A stretch of DNA of 64,000 nt, taken from NCBI GenBank assembly GCA_963840885.1, contig CAWJAN010000006.1, forward strand, positions 116,530 through 180,529. The letters are read 5' to 3'. This document shows, piece by piece, positions 21,448 through 30,417 of this stretch. The notes below the pieces were generated by a model. It saw only the letters and a list, made by a program, of their open reading frames with translations, was not told the origin of the DNA and did no database searches. This DNA is from an uncultured bacterium. Its GTDB lineage: Bacteria > Patescibacteriota > Minisyncoccia > Phycocordibacterales > GWA1-40-21. The stretch's first letter is position 1, and each line of letters starts with the position of its first letter. The translations under genes and the position numbers were made by a program.

Positions 21448-21582
21448 TTATACGCTTAATTTTCGCCTTCCTTTGCGCATTCTCCTTTTAAGGGTGTTTC
21501 TGCCGTATTTTGTTCTTTTCCTGACCAAAAAACCATGTGTCTTGGCTCTCTTTCTTTTCTTTGGCTGATATGTTTGTGACAT
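21448..21582 (-). CDS. rpmH: 50S ribosomal protein L34 (missed by ORF track, 44 aa)
   Basis: Reverse-complement translation [44 protein letters not shown]. Confidence 0.85.
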   Translation of the reverse strand: MSQTYQPKKRKRAKTHGFLVRKRTKYGRNTLKRRMRKGRRKLSV

Positions 21583-21771
21583 AAAAAGGAGTATAAATCA
21601 AAAAATATCTTTTGTAAAGTTCAAATTAAAAAAATTTCAGTCATAATTAAGTGCCCTGCCAAGCATATTCTCGGTTGCAGCGGAAACAAAAAACATTATC
21701 AACTTTTTATAAACAATTTGTTAACAAAAATTTATTTCTATTAACCGTTTTATAATTTTATAATCAAGCCT
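21583..21771. promoter_or_regulatory. divergent rpmH / dnaA promoter region, possible oriC part
   Basis: AT-rich; DnaA-box-like ttatcaact at 21696-21704. Confidence 0.35.
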
Positions 21772-23106
21772 ATGAACGAAAATAAATCCCTCTGGAGCAG
21801 TGTCCTGGCACAAATAGAACTTGGCGTTTCTAAGGCAAACTTCAGCATGTGGTTTAAGGATACATTCATCATGAAACAGGAGGATGGAGTAATTTACCTG
21901 GGTGTACCGAATGTCTTTGTTAAGGATTGGCTCATAAACAAATACCATAAGGATATATTGAAAAATCTCAGGGGATTCGGAGAACATATAAGGAACATAG
22001 AGTATATTGTTTCAAAAGAAGACAACAAAAATGTCCGCAAAGAAGAGCCTATCAAGATAAACGAGCTTCCTCTTAAGGATTTTTACGTAAACAAGGAAGA
22101 CAATCTGAATCCAAGATACACATTCAAGACATTCGTAGTCGGGCCGTTTAACGAGCTGGCCTTCGCTGCTTCCCAGGCCATACTCAAAAAAACGGCGGCT
22201 TATAATCCTCTTTTCATATTTGGAAGCACCGGACACGGAAAAACACACCTTATACAGGCTATAGGGAACAATTTTAAGGAAGAAAACCCCGGAAGAAAGA
22301 TTTTCTATATGACTTCCGAAACATTCACCAATGATTACCTGAATTCTCTCAATAGCGGGGAAATAAACCTTTTTAAAGAAAAGTACAAAAAATATGACGT
22401 CCTGATAATAGATGACATTCAGTTTTTGTCGGCCAAAACAAAAACCCAGGAAGAATTCTTCCATCTTTTCAATAACTTCCATGATAGCGGCAAACAGCTC
22501 ATATTTTCTTCAGACAAGCACCCGAATTTCATAACGGACATAGAGGACAGGATAAAATCTCGCTTCAATGCCGGAATGATACTGGAAATACAAAAACCTG
22601 ACTTTGAATCAAGGATACAGATACTCCGAAAAAAATCGTCGCTTATGAATCTTTCATTGACTGACGATACCGTTGAATTCTTAGCCTCTTCAGTGGAGGG
22701 AAATGTCAGGGAACTTGAAGGAATATTGAATCTGGTCCTTGTGCAGACCCAGCTCAAAAATAAAGAGCTTAATATAAACGAAATAAAGGACCTGACAAAA
22801 AACACTGTGAAACCGAAGAAAAACGTGTCTATAAAGGATATTATAAGGGTTGTTTCGGAATTTTATGATGTTGAGGAAAACAGTATTTTTGAAAAAGGCA
22901 GGAAAAAGGAGATAATAAAACCTAGGCAGATAATAATGTACATACTCAGGGAAGATTTCAATATTTCATTCCCATCAATAGGCGACAAACTTGGTAATAG
23001 GGATCATTCTACTGTTATACATTCTTATGAGAAGATAAAAAATGATTTAAAGGTCGATCCGTCGCTTGTCCAGGAACTTACACAAATAAGATCGATGTTA
23101 AAATGA
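21772..23106 (+). CDS. dnaA: chromosomal replication initiator DnaA
   Basis: N-terminal domain, AAA+ Walker A GSTGHGKTHL, C-terminal DnaA-box-binding HTH (...LGNRDHSTVIHSYEKI). Confidence 0.9.
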   Translation: MNENKSLWSSVLAQIELGVSKANFSMWFKDTFIMKQEDGVIYLGVPNVFVKDWLINKYHKDILKNLRGFGEHIRNIEYIVSKEDNKNVRKEEPIKINELPLKDFYVNKEDNLNPRYTFKTFVVGPFNELAFAASQAILKKTAAYNPLFIFGSTGHGKTHLIQAIGNNFKEENPGRKIFYMTSETFTNDYLNSLNSGEINLFKEKYKKYDVLIIDDIQFLSAKTKTQEEFFHLFNNFHDSGKQLIFSSDKHPNFITDIEDRIKSRFNAGMILEIQKPDFESRIQILRKKSSLMNLSLTDDTVEFLASSVEGNVRELEGILNLVLVQTQLKNKELNINEIKDLTKNTVKPKKNVSIKDIIRVVSEFYDVEENSIFEKGRKKEIIKPRQIIMYILREDFNISFPSIGDKLGNRDHSTVIHSYEKIKNDLKVDPSLVQELTQIRSMLK

Positions 23107-23275
23107 TGTTGATAAATTAAAGATAAGTTTGTTAAGAAGTTTTTATAAACTGTTGTTAAATAAATAATAATAACAATAAAACAACATCTTATTTAAATTA
23201 GAAATATAAAATAATGTTTTTAAATAAAGGTTTAATAACTTATAAACAAGTAAACATACTTAATAATAAATATAT
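23107..23275. promoter_or_regulatory. candidate oriC / DNA-unwinding element (dnaA-dnaN intergenic)
   Basis: Roughly 15% GC; TGTTGATAA at 23107-23118 is one mismatch from the DnaA box TGTGGATAA; inverted repeat tgttgtt...aacaaca. Confidence 0.5.
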
Positions 23276-24378
23276 ATGAAAATAGAGTGTGTGAAAGAAA
23301 AATTCCAATCAGCCATATCAAAAGCTGAAAAAATAGTTTCCAAAAATATAAACTTACCTGTATTATCATGTGTTTTTTTGGAAACAAAAGGAAGTAATCT
23401 TGTTATAAGGGCAACAAACCTTGATTTTGGTATAGAAACAACAATTCCGGTTAAAAAATATTCAGATGGAAAAATTTGCGTACCAGCCAATATATTAAGT
23501 TCTTTTCTAAATAATATTACAGATGATAATAATATCTCATTAGAGGAAAAAGACGGTCTCTTAAGGATTAAAACAGATAAAACTGAGGCGGAAATAAAAA
23601 CTTATTCCCCAGATGATTTTCCGACAATACCAACAATTGATGACGGTGTTGTTTGTAAAATATCTTCAAAAGACCTTCAAAACGGGATAAAATCAGTTTA
23701 TTACAGCTCATCAACCTCTAGTGTTAAGCCTGAGCTTGGCAACGAGTTTATATATATTCAAATGATGATAATTTAGTTTTTGTGGCAACCGACTCGTTCA
23801 GGCTTGCTGAAAAAACCATAAAAACCAAGAAAAAGGTAGTTTTACCAGGAATTCTAATTCCTCTTAAGAATGCCGCCGACATACTGAAGATAATAGATGG
23901 GACAGACGAAGAAATAGATATGAATTCTACAAAAAACCAAATGTCGCTGTCTTTTAACGGAATATATATGGTTTCACGGGTTGTAGATGGAATCTTTCCT
24001 GATTACAAGCAGATAATTCCAAAAGAAGAAAAAACAAAGGCCGTCCTATTAAAACAAGACCTTATCAATTCTTTAAAAATATCCAATATATTCTCAGATA
24101 ATTTCAACCAGGTGAATATTTCCGTCATCCCGTCTTCAAAAAAAATAGAGATAAAAACTAGAAATTCTAATATAGGAGAAAATACAAATAAAATAGACGC
24201 CAATATAGAAGGCGAAGAAATCGTGGTTAATTTCAATTACAGGTACATAGTAGATTGCATGGGTTCAATCCCGCAGGATAGCGTGTCTTTGGTTTTTAAT
24301 GGAATAAATAAGGCTCTGGTGGTAAGAGGGGCCACCGACAAGAGCTTCACGTACCTAGTAATGCCTATGAATAGATAA
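23276..24378 (+). CDS. dnaN: DNA polymerase III beta sliding clamp, interrupted by a single frameshift near 23755-23785
   Basis: First frame ends ..KPELGNEFIYIQMMII*; second frame continues NDDNLVFVATDSFRLAEK..., the canonical DnaN junction. Confidence 0.8.
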
Positions 24379-24392
24379 GTTTATTTAATAAT

Positions 24393-24644
24393 GTGTTTAA
24401 TATAGGCGAATATCTCAATAAGTTCAAAAAAATCTCGGAAAATCGGGATTTTTTAAGAAAAGCCGTTTCGGAAGCGGTTAAAAATATTTGCGGAATAGAT
24501 ATCGATCCGGAAGATATAGATGTAAGGGACGGGATAGCCAGGATAAGATCGAAGCCAATAATAAAAAACGAAATTTTCTTGAAAAAAAATAAAATTATGG
24601 ATTTTTTGAAGAATAAAACCGATAAAATAGCCGATATATTGTGA
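24393..24644 (+). CDS. DUF721/DciA-like small protein (putative)
   Basis: 83 aa directly downstream of dnaN; ..DIDVRDGIARIRSKPIIKNEIFLKKNKIMDFL resembles the DUF721 pattern. Confidence 0.35.
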   Translation: MFNIGEYLNKFKKISENRDFLRKAVSEAVKNICGIDIDPEDIDVRDGIARIRSKPIIKNEIFLKKNKIMDFLKNKTDKIADIL

Positions 24645-24662
24645 TTAAAGGCAAGGATTGTC

Positions 24663-27221
24663 TTATTGGATATTCAGAGGAATAGATATTTCCGCCTGGT
24701 TATAGACATTGTCGTAAACGACGGCTTTGAATGTATTTTGTCCTTGGGAGAATGAGTTTGCGGCAGACGGTATGAAGCTTGTTGTAAACGGCGATGATAA
24801 TGATGTGGCAACTAGTTCGTTATTCAGGTAATATTCGACTTTACTTATAGGGTATCTTGAAGAAATTGTCGGCGCTATAACAACCCTTTCGTCTTTATTG
24901 TAGACGGTTCCAGATGAGGGCGATATAAGAGATATTTTCGGAATATTTTGCTGTACATGCACGTTATCGTAGTAAGTCGGCTTAGTTATGAATGTTTGGG
25001 GATTTTGTGATAACCAATTTTGCACGCCGTATTCCCAGGAATCAAACTGAGGATCGTCCGACGGATTTGCGGGCGCTGGACCGAGTGGATCATTTTTGTC
25101 CACCCAATAAAGTATTGAGTGCACATTCGGAACAGCAACCTCTTCTTTTGTTTCCGGAGGCGTCATGTCTGTTGCGAGGCCGCCTGAAATCTTGTCGATG
25201 AAGTAAGTATCACTTCCTTGCCATATTCCGCGCAAGACAGGTTTTATGGTTTCATCTATCGGCTGAGGCTTTATGAAATCATCAGGGGATGAGCTTGCAA
25301 CGGCTATACCCATAAGTTGTTTCCATAAAGGAGCCACTATAAGGCCGGCAATATTTTTATGCATAGGCGTATTGTCATTATTTCCGGCCCACACCCCAAC
25401 CACGACATCTGGTGTATATCCTATGGTCCATGCGTCTCTTGAATCGTTTGTCGTGCCGGTTTTTGCGGCGACTTGCCTGTTCGGAAACATAAATACAGAA
25501 TTTGTCATTCCGTATTCCGGAGCTTTTGCAACATTATCGGAAAGAACATCGGAGATAAGCTCGGCATCATTTGACGGAATCACGCGTTCTGAGTTTGTAG
25601 CATATTGTTCTATCGTATTTCCGGAAGAATCTTGAACCGAAAGTATGCCTGTATATGAATTTCTTACTCCATCATTTGCAAATACGCCATAGGCGCTCGT
25701 AAGATCGAGAAGCGAAACTTCTCCTCCGCCAAGAACAAGCGTAAGTCCGTATTGATTAGGATCATCTGACAAGCTTGTGATTCCCATATTTTTTGCAGTA
25801 TCCAAAGAATCTTTTATTCCAGCCAAGTAAAGAAGTTTTATGGACGGAATATTGAGGGAAAGGGCCAAAGCGCTTCTGAGCGTCACTGGGCCGCGATAAA
25901 GGCCGTCGAAATCAGCCGGCATATAGCATGCACTTGAAGAAGATATGACGGCATTCGGATCTTTCTGGGTTCCGTCCGGATTGCATGTCGTTTGAAATTC
26001 TGTAGGAACATCGAATAGCGTGGTATCTGGAGTATATCCTTTTTCAAAAGCCGTTTCATAAACGAATGGCTTGAACGTGGAGCCGGGCTGTCTGTGGGCC
26101 AGGGCGACATTAAATTGCCCGTCAGTCGATGTGGAGAAATAATCACGCGATCCCACCATGGCAAGTATCTGGCCTGTTTTAGGGTCTACGGCGACAGCTG
26201 ATGCATTCGACATGTTGAAATTATCCTGGTTTGCATCCACATAATTCTTTACCGCGGTTTCCATTTGTGATTCCAGACTGTAATCGAGCGTCGTTATTAC
26301 TTTATATCCGTTTTGTTCCACAGCATCGGACCCATATTTATTTTCCAGATATTCTTTTATGAATTCCACAAAGTGCGGAGCAAGTATCCCGTATGCCGGC
26401 TGAGGAAGGAATTCCACTTTTTCCGCCACGGCCTGATTGTATTGGTCTTGAGTTATAAAATTATTCTCAAGCATCTTTTGAAGCACTAGGCGGGCTCTGG
26501 TTTCAAGATCATCAGTATGCTGGCCATAAGGAGAGTAATAGGTGGGAGCTTGAGGAATAGCAGCTATATATGCCGCTTCAGCTAAATCCACATCGGACGC
26601 TTTTTTACCAAAGAATGTTTCACTGGCTTCCTCGACGCCGTAAACATTTCCGCCGTAAGGATTTTCATTCAGGTATATGGAAAGTATTTCGTCTTTGCTC
26701 ATTTCTTTCTCAAGCTCTACGGAAAGAACCCATTCCTTTATTTTCCTGGTTATGCTTTTTTCTGTCGTAAGCAGGGAATTTTTTACGACCTGCTGGGTTA
26801 TGGTCGAGCCTCCTTGGCTGAAGCTTCCTGAAAGAAGATTCGCAAAAATCGAGCGTATTATCGACGTGATTCTTATTCCGCCGTGCTGATAGAACTGCGC
26901 GTCTTCTATCGCTACAGTGGCATTTTTTATATTCATTGATATGTCCTCAAACGGAACAACAGTCCTTTTTTCATCCTGATGTATGTCGTAAAGGAGTATG
27001 GTTCCAGTCCTGTCGTAGATTTTAGTCGATTCCACGACTTTTCTGGTTTCAAATGAGCTCAAATCCGGCAGCTTTATCGTAGATATGTAAAATGCCAGGA
27101 CGCCTCCGCCAACCAGGAATAAAAATCCGCAGGCTACCAGAATTTTTTTCTTCCAGCTGATATGTTTTGACCTTATATCACGGTGTAAGGAACTTATGAT
27201 TTTTTTCGCCTTCTCCTTCAT
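24663..27221 (-). CDS. class A penicillin-binding protein (glycosyltransferase GT51 + transpeptidase) with C-terminal extension
   Basis: GT51 motifs EDAQFYQHGG, GGSTITQQVVKN; transpeptidase STFKPFVY (SxxK), SLN, KTGTT. Confidence 0.85.
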   Translation of the reverse strand: MKEKAKKIISSLHRDIRSKHISWKKKILVACGFLFLVGGGVLAFYISTIKLPDLSSFETRKVVESTKIYDRTGTILLYDIHQDEKRTVVPFEDISMNIKNATVAIEDAQFYQHGGIRITSIIRSIFANLLSGSFSQGGSTITQQVVKNSLLTTEKSITRKIKEWVLSVELEKEMSKDEILSIYLNENPYGGNVYGVEEASETFFGKKASDVDLAEAAYIAAIPQAPTYYSPYGQHTDDLETRARLVLQKMLENNFITQDQYNQAVAEKVEFLPQPAYGILAPHFVEFIKEYLENKYGSDAVEQNGYKVITTLDYSLESQMETAVKNYVDANQDNFNMSNASAVAVDPKTGQILAMVGSRDYFSTSTDGQFNVALAHRQPGSTFKPFVYETAFEKGYTPDTTLFDVPTEFQTTCNPDGTQKDPNAVISSSSACYMPADFDGLYRGPVTLRSALALSLNIPSIKLLYLAGIKDSLDTAKNMGITSLSDDPNQYGLTLVLGGGEVSLLDLTSAYGVFANDGVRNSYTGILSVQDSSGNTIEQYATNSERVIPSNDAELISDVLSDNVAKAPEYGMTNSVFMFPNRQVAAKTGTTNDSRDAWTIGYTPDVVVGVWAGNNDNTPMHKNIAGLIVAPLWKQLMGIAVASSSPDDFIKPQPIDETIKPVLRGIWQGSDTYFIDKISGGLATDMTPPETKEEVAVPNVHSILYWVDKNDPLGPAPANPSDDPQFDSWEYGVQNWLSQNPQTFITKPTYYDNVHVQQNIPKISLISPSSGTVYNKDERVVIAPTISSRYPISKVEYYLNNELVATSLSSPFTTSFIPSAANSFSQGQNTFKAVVYDNVYNQAEISIPLNIQ

Positions 27222-27285
27222 TGATTGTCGGATTATAGCACCAGATATGATAGAAAAAAAGCGTTTTTCATGCTACATTTTAAGC

Positions 27286-28491
27286 ATGAAAATCGATACG
27301 GATCTGAGTAAAATAGAGGATATTTTGACACGAAGCGTCCAGGCAATTTTGCCGTCCAAAGAACTTTTTAAAAAAGAGCTTTTGAGTGGTAAAAAATTAA
27401 AGATATATGTCGGCGCCGATGCGACAGGCGCAAAGCTGCATATAGGCCACGCTACAAATTTTATGATTCTTGAAAAATTGCGACAGCTTGGCCATGAAAT
27501 CATTATTTTATTTGGAGATTTTACTGCGCAGATAGGAGACCCAACTGGTAAAGAAAGCGAAAGAAAAAATTTGACAAAAAAAGAAGTCGAGCAGAATTTA
27601 AAGACATGGAAAAGCCAAGTGGGGAAAATTATTCCTCTCGGAAAGGAAGTAAAAATTGTCAAAAATAGCACATGGCTTTCAAAAATGAATTTTGCTGACG
27701 TGATAAACCTAGCATCCAATTTTACAGTTCAGCAGATGATAGAGCGCGACATGTTCCAGAAAAGATTAGAAGAAAAAAAGCCGATACACCTCCAGGAATT
27801 TTTTTATCCTTTGATGCAGGGGTATGACAGCGTGGCGCTTGATGTGGATGCAGAAATTGGCGGCAATGACCAGACATTCAATATGCTCATGGGCAGGACG
27901 CTTCAGAAAATAAAAAGAAACAAGGAAAAGTTTGTGATTGCAACAACTCTTCTCATAAATCCAAAAACAGGCAAAAAGCTAATGAATAAAAGCGAGGGAA
28001 TCATCATCGGTCTCGATGACGAATACAATGACATGTTCGGGAAAGTCATGGCATTACCAGATGAAGCCATTGTTTCTGTTTTTACTGACTGCACTTATGT
28101 TTCTATGCAAGAAATCGAAAAAATGAAAAAGGAACTGGAAAGCGGGACAAATCCACGAGATCTCAAGGTTAGATTGGCAAAGGAGATTGTCACTATCTAT
28201 CACGGAGCGGAAAAAGCCGGCAAAGCCGAGCAGAATTTCATAGAAACTTTTTCAAAAGGCGGCGTGCCGGAAGATATTGAGAAAATAAAAACGGAAAAAG
28301 GAAAATCATTAATGGAATTTCTTGTTGAAAACAAGATTGTGTCTTCAAAAAGCGATTTCAGGAGGCTCATTTCTGAGAATGCCATATCGGATGCCGTATT
28401 AGGCGAGAAAATAACCGATCCGAACTATAAAATAGAAAAAGAAATTTCCCTGAAAGTCGGAAAGAAAAGATTTGTTAAAATTACTCTATGA
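27286..28491 (+). CDS. tyrS: tyrosine--tRNA ligase
   Basis: HIGH-type motif KLHIGH, GDFTAQIGDPTGK, KMSKS-like KLMNKS, C-terminal S4-like domain. The upstream ORF start at 27196 overlaps the PBP gene and is rejected. Confidence 0.8.
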   Translation: MKIDTDLSKIEDILTRSVQAILPSKELFKKELLSGKKLKIYVGADATGAKLHIGHATNFMILEKLRQLGHEIIILFGDFTAQIGDPTGKESERKNLTKKEVEQNLKTWKSQVGKIIPLGKEVKIVKNSTWLSKMNFADVINLASNFTVQQMIERDMFQKRLEEKKPIHLQEFFYPLMQGYDSVALDVDAEIGGNDQTFNMLMGRTLQKIKRNKEKFVIATTLLINPKTGKKLMNKSEGIIIGLDDEYNDMFGKVMALPDEAIVSVFTDCTYVSMQEIEKMKKELESGTNPRDLKVRLAKEIVTIYHGAEKAGKAEQNFIETFSKGGVPEDIEKIKTEKGKSLMEFLVENKIVSSKSDFRRLISENAISDAVLGEKITDPNYKIEKEISLKVGKKRFVKITL

Positions 28492-28958
28492 GAATCATCG
28501 CCATCGATCCCGGATATGAACGCCTTGGAATCGCTGTTTTGGAAAAAGAAAAGGGAAAAGAAGAACTGATTTTTTCCGAGTGTTTTAAAACATCGGTGAA
28601 AATTGAACATGCAGAGAGATTGAAACTGATAGGACAGGAAATAGAAAAAATAATAAAAAAATATAAGCCCGAAACTATGGCAATCGAAACATTATTTTTT
28701 TCCAAAAATCAGAAAACTGCAATAAAAGTTTCCGAAACAAGAGGAGTAATTCTTTACGTCGCTTCAAAGAATGATCTTGATGTAAAAGAATTCATGCCGA
28801 ATCAGATAAAGATCGCGGTTACCGGTTATGGAGCAAGCGATAAGAAACAGATTACGGGAATGGTGAAAAAACTTATAAAAATAGAAAAGGATATCGAATA
28901 TGATGATGAGTATGATGCTATAGCCGTGGGCCTTACATACTTTGCAGTGAATAGATAA
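28488..28958 (+). CDS. ruvC: crossover junction endodeoxyribonuclease RuvC
   Basis: MRIIAIDPGYERLGIAV..., ..IETLFFSKNQKTAIKVSETRG.., C-terminal DAIAVGLTYF. Confidence 0.8.
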   Translation: MRIIAIDPGYERLGIAVLEKEKGKEELIFSECFKTSVKIEHAERLKLIGQEIEKIIKKYKPETMAIETLFFSKNQKTAIKVSETRGVILYVASKNDLDVKEFMPNQIKIAVTGYGASDKKQITGMVKKLIKIEKDIEYDDEYDAIAVGLTYFAVNR

Positions 28959-28969
28959 ACAAGACAAAT

Positions 28970-29004
28970 GAAAGCGGCGCCTTAAGTCGCCGCTTTTTTA
29001 TTTT
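28970..29004. terminator. bidirectional terminator (ruvC / acidic ORF)
   Basis: agcggcgcc-ttaa-gtcgccgct + ttttttatttt. Confidence 0.55.
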
Positions 29005-29256
29005 CTACCACTCATCCTGCATCTTGAAATCTCCGGAGTCTAGCTCATCATCGCCGTCTTCCTCGGCAACGAATACATCTTCTTCCACAGCAGCTACCGG
29101 ATCTTCGTCGTCAAATGCATCAAGCACACCCTCGGATATGTTTCCTTCCGCCGGCGCAGCCTCTTCTTCGGCCTTGATGTCCTTTTTATCGGTTTCTTCA
29201 GCCTTCCCTTTCTTAATATCTTTTTTTGTCTTTTTATCAGCCATGTTTATTGCCAT
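29005..29256 (-). CDS. small highly acidic protein (hypothetical)
   Basis: 83 aa; basic N-terminus then D/E-rich tail (..DAFDDEDPVAAVEEDVFVAEEDGDDELDSGDF..). Confidence 0.4.
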   Translation of the reverse strand: MAINMADKKTKKDIKKGKAEETDKKDIKAEEEAAPAEGNISEGVLDAFDDEDPVAAVEEDVFVAEEDGDDELDSGDFKMQDEW

Positions 29257-29336
29257 TATTTTTAATCATTCAATATTTTCCAAGAAATTAAAAAAAAAGC
29301 AAATATGCCGGACTGTGGACAACTCAAACGGCATGA

Positions 29337-29867
29337 TTAGTCGGCATTCGTATATACATCCTGGACATCTTCGTTGTTTTCCAGATCTTCAATGAGTTTT
29401 TCCAGTTTGAAGGCGTCTTCATCGGAAAGTTCCATTGCTGTCTTAGGCATCCAGCCGTCAGGGGTTTTCTCGAATGCCCATGAAGCGCTTCCGGGAGTCG
29501 CAAGAGATGCGCCGTTTTCAGAGAGAATGTGTTTTACTTCGGCAGCGGATTTATTCCTGTTTGTCGTCAGGACATCGATTATAAGCGCGGAGCCGCCAGG
29601 GCCATACGCTTCATAAACTATGGATTCCATCTGTTCCGCATCCGCCCCCATTGCTTTGCTGACCGCTCTGTCTATATTTTCACTCGGCATGCTTACGGAT
29701 TTCGCTTTTTCTATAGCAGCTCGGAGTCCTGGAGAAGAAAGATTTCCCGAGGCTTTTTTTGCTTCAACTTGGATCAATTTGGCCATCTTGGAAAACATCT
29801 TGCTTTTTTGGGCATCGGTTTTGGCTTTCTCCCTTTTTATTTTTGAAAATTTATTGTGTCCGGACAT
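29337..29867 (-). CDS. YebC/PmpR-family transcriptional regulator (compact, 176 aa)
   Basis: MSGHNKFSKIKREKAKTDAQKSK.. N-terminus and ..EDVQDVYTNAD C-terminus typical of YebC; middle domain shortened. Confidence 0.7.
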   Translation of the reverse strand: MSGHNKFSKIKREKAKTDAQKSKMFSKMAKLIQVEAKKASGNLSSPGLRAAIEKAKSVSMPSENIDRAVSKAMGADAEQMESIVYEAYGPGGSALIIDVLTTNRNKSAAEVKHILSENGASLATPGSASWAFEKTPDGWMPKTAMELSDEDAFKLEKLIEDLENNEDVQDVYTNAD

Positions 29868-29926
29868 ATTTTTAATTTTTATTTATAAAAGGACTATATC
29901 ACTAGATATGGAAAAGGAAAAGCTCA

Positions 29927-30412
29927 CTAGTTTTTCATTACCGCCAGCCATTCCTCGGGATATTCATCGACGGCTATACCAAGAGTTTTCGCGAAATTTC
30001 TTTCCCATGTTGCGCCTTTCGAGCTTTGCCAATCAGGGAGAAAGAATAGTTTACTGATTAAACCAGATTCAAAAATAGACTTATAAAAAAGCTCGAGTGT
30101 TGCCAGGTAGTAGCCGTCCACCATCAGATATTTATATGAAAGGCGTCGCATCGTTCCTTCAAAAGCCGCTTGATCAAAAACCTGTAAATCATGCTTGCTA
30201 GCGATTTTGATTGCTTCGCTTAAGCGAGCAAGGTTTTTTTCTATATCGCCGAGTCCTCCAGTAGAAACAGGACCGGCAATATATATGATAGGCTTGCCGG
30301 ATGCCCGCATTTCCTTAAGGATACTAATGCCTACTTCGGCGAGCTTTTCGAGCGTTTCCGCAGAATCGATTTCTATTTTATATTTTTTTAAGATGGGATT
30401 TATTTTTTCCAT
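29927..30412 (-). CDS. hypothetical protein
   Basis: 161-aa ORF; ..IIYIAGPVSTGG.. segment; no firm family assignment. Confidence 0.3.
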   Translation of the reverse strand: MEKINPILKKYKIEIDSAETLEKLAEVGISILKEMRASGKPIIYIAGPVSTGGLGDIEKNLARLSEAIKIASKHDLQVFDQAAFEGTMRRLSYKYLMVDGYYLATLELFYKSIFESGLISKLFFLPDWQSSKGATWERNFAKTLGIAVDEYPEEWLAVMKN

Positions 30413-30417
30413 ATGTG

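Noticed and set aside
27196-27285. tyrS ORF-track start at 27196
   Set aside because: It overlaps the N-terminal codons of the divergent PBP gene. TyrRS homology begins near MKIDTD.. (27286).
29314-29322. DnaA-box-like TGTGGACAA upstream of the acidic ORF
   Set aside because: A single one-mismatch 9-mer far from the origin is expected by chance in 64 kb.
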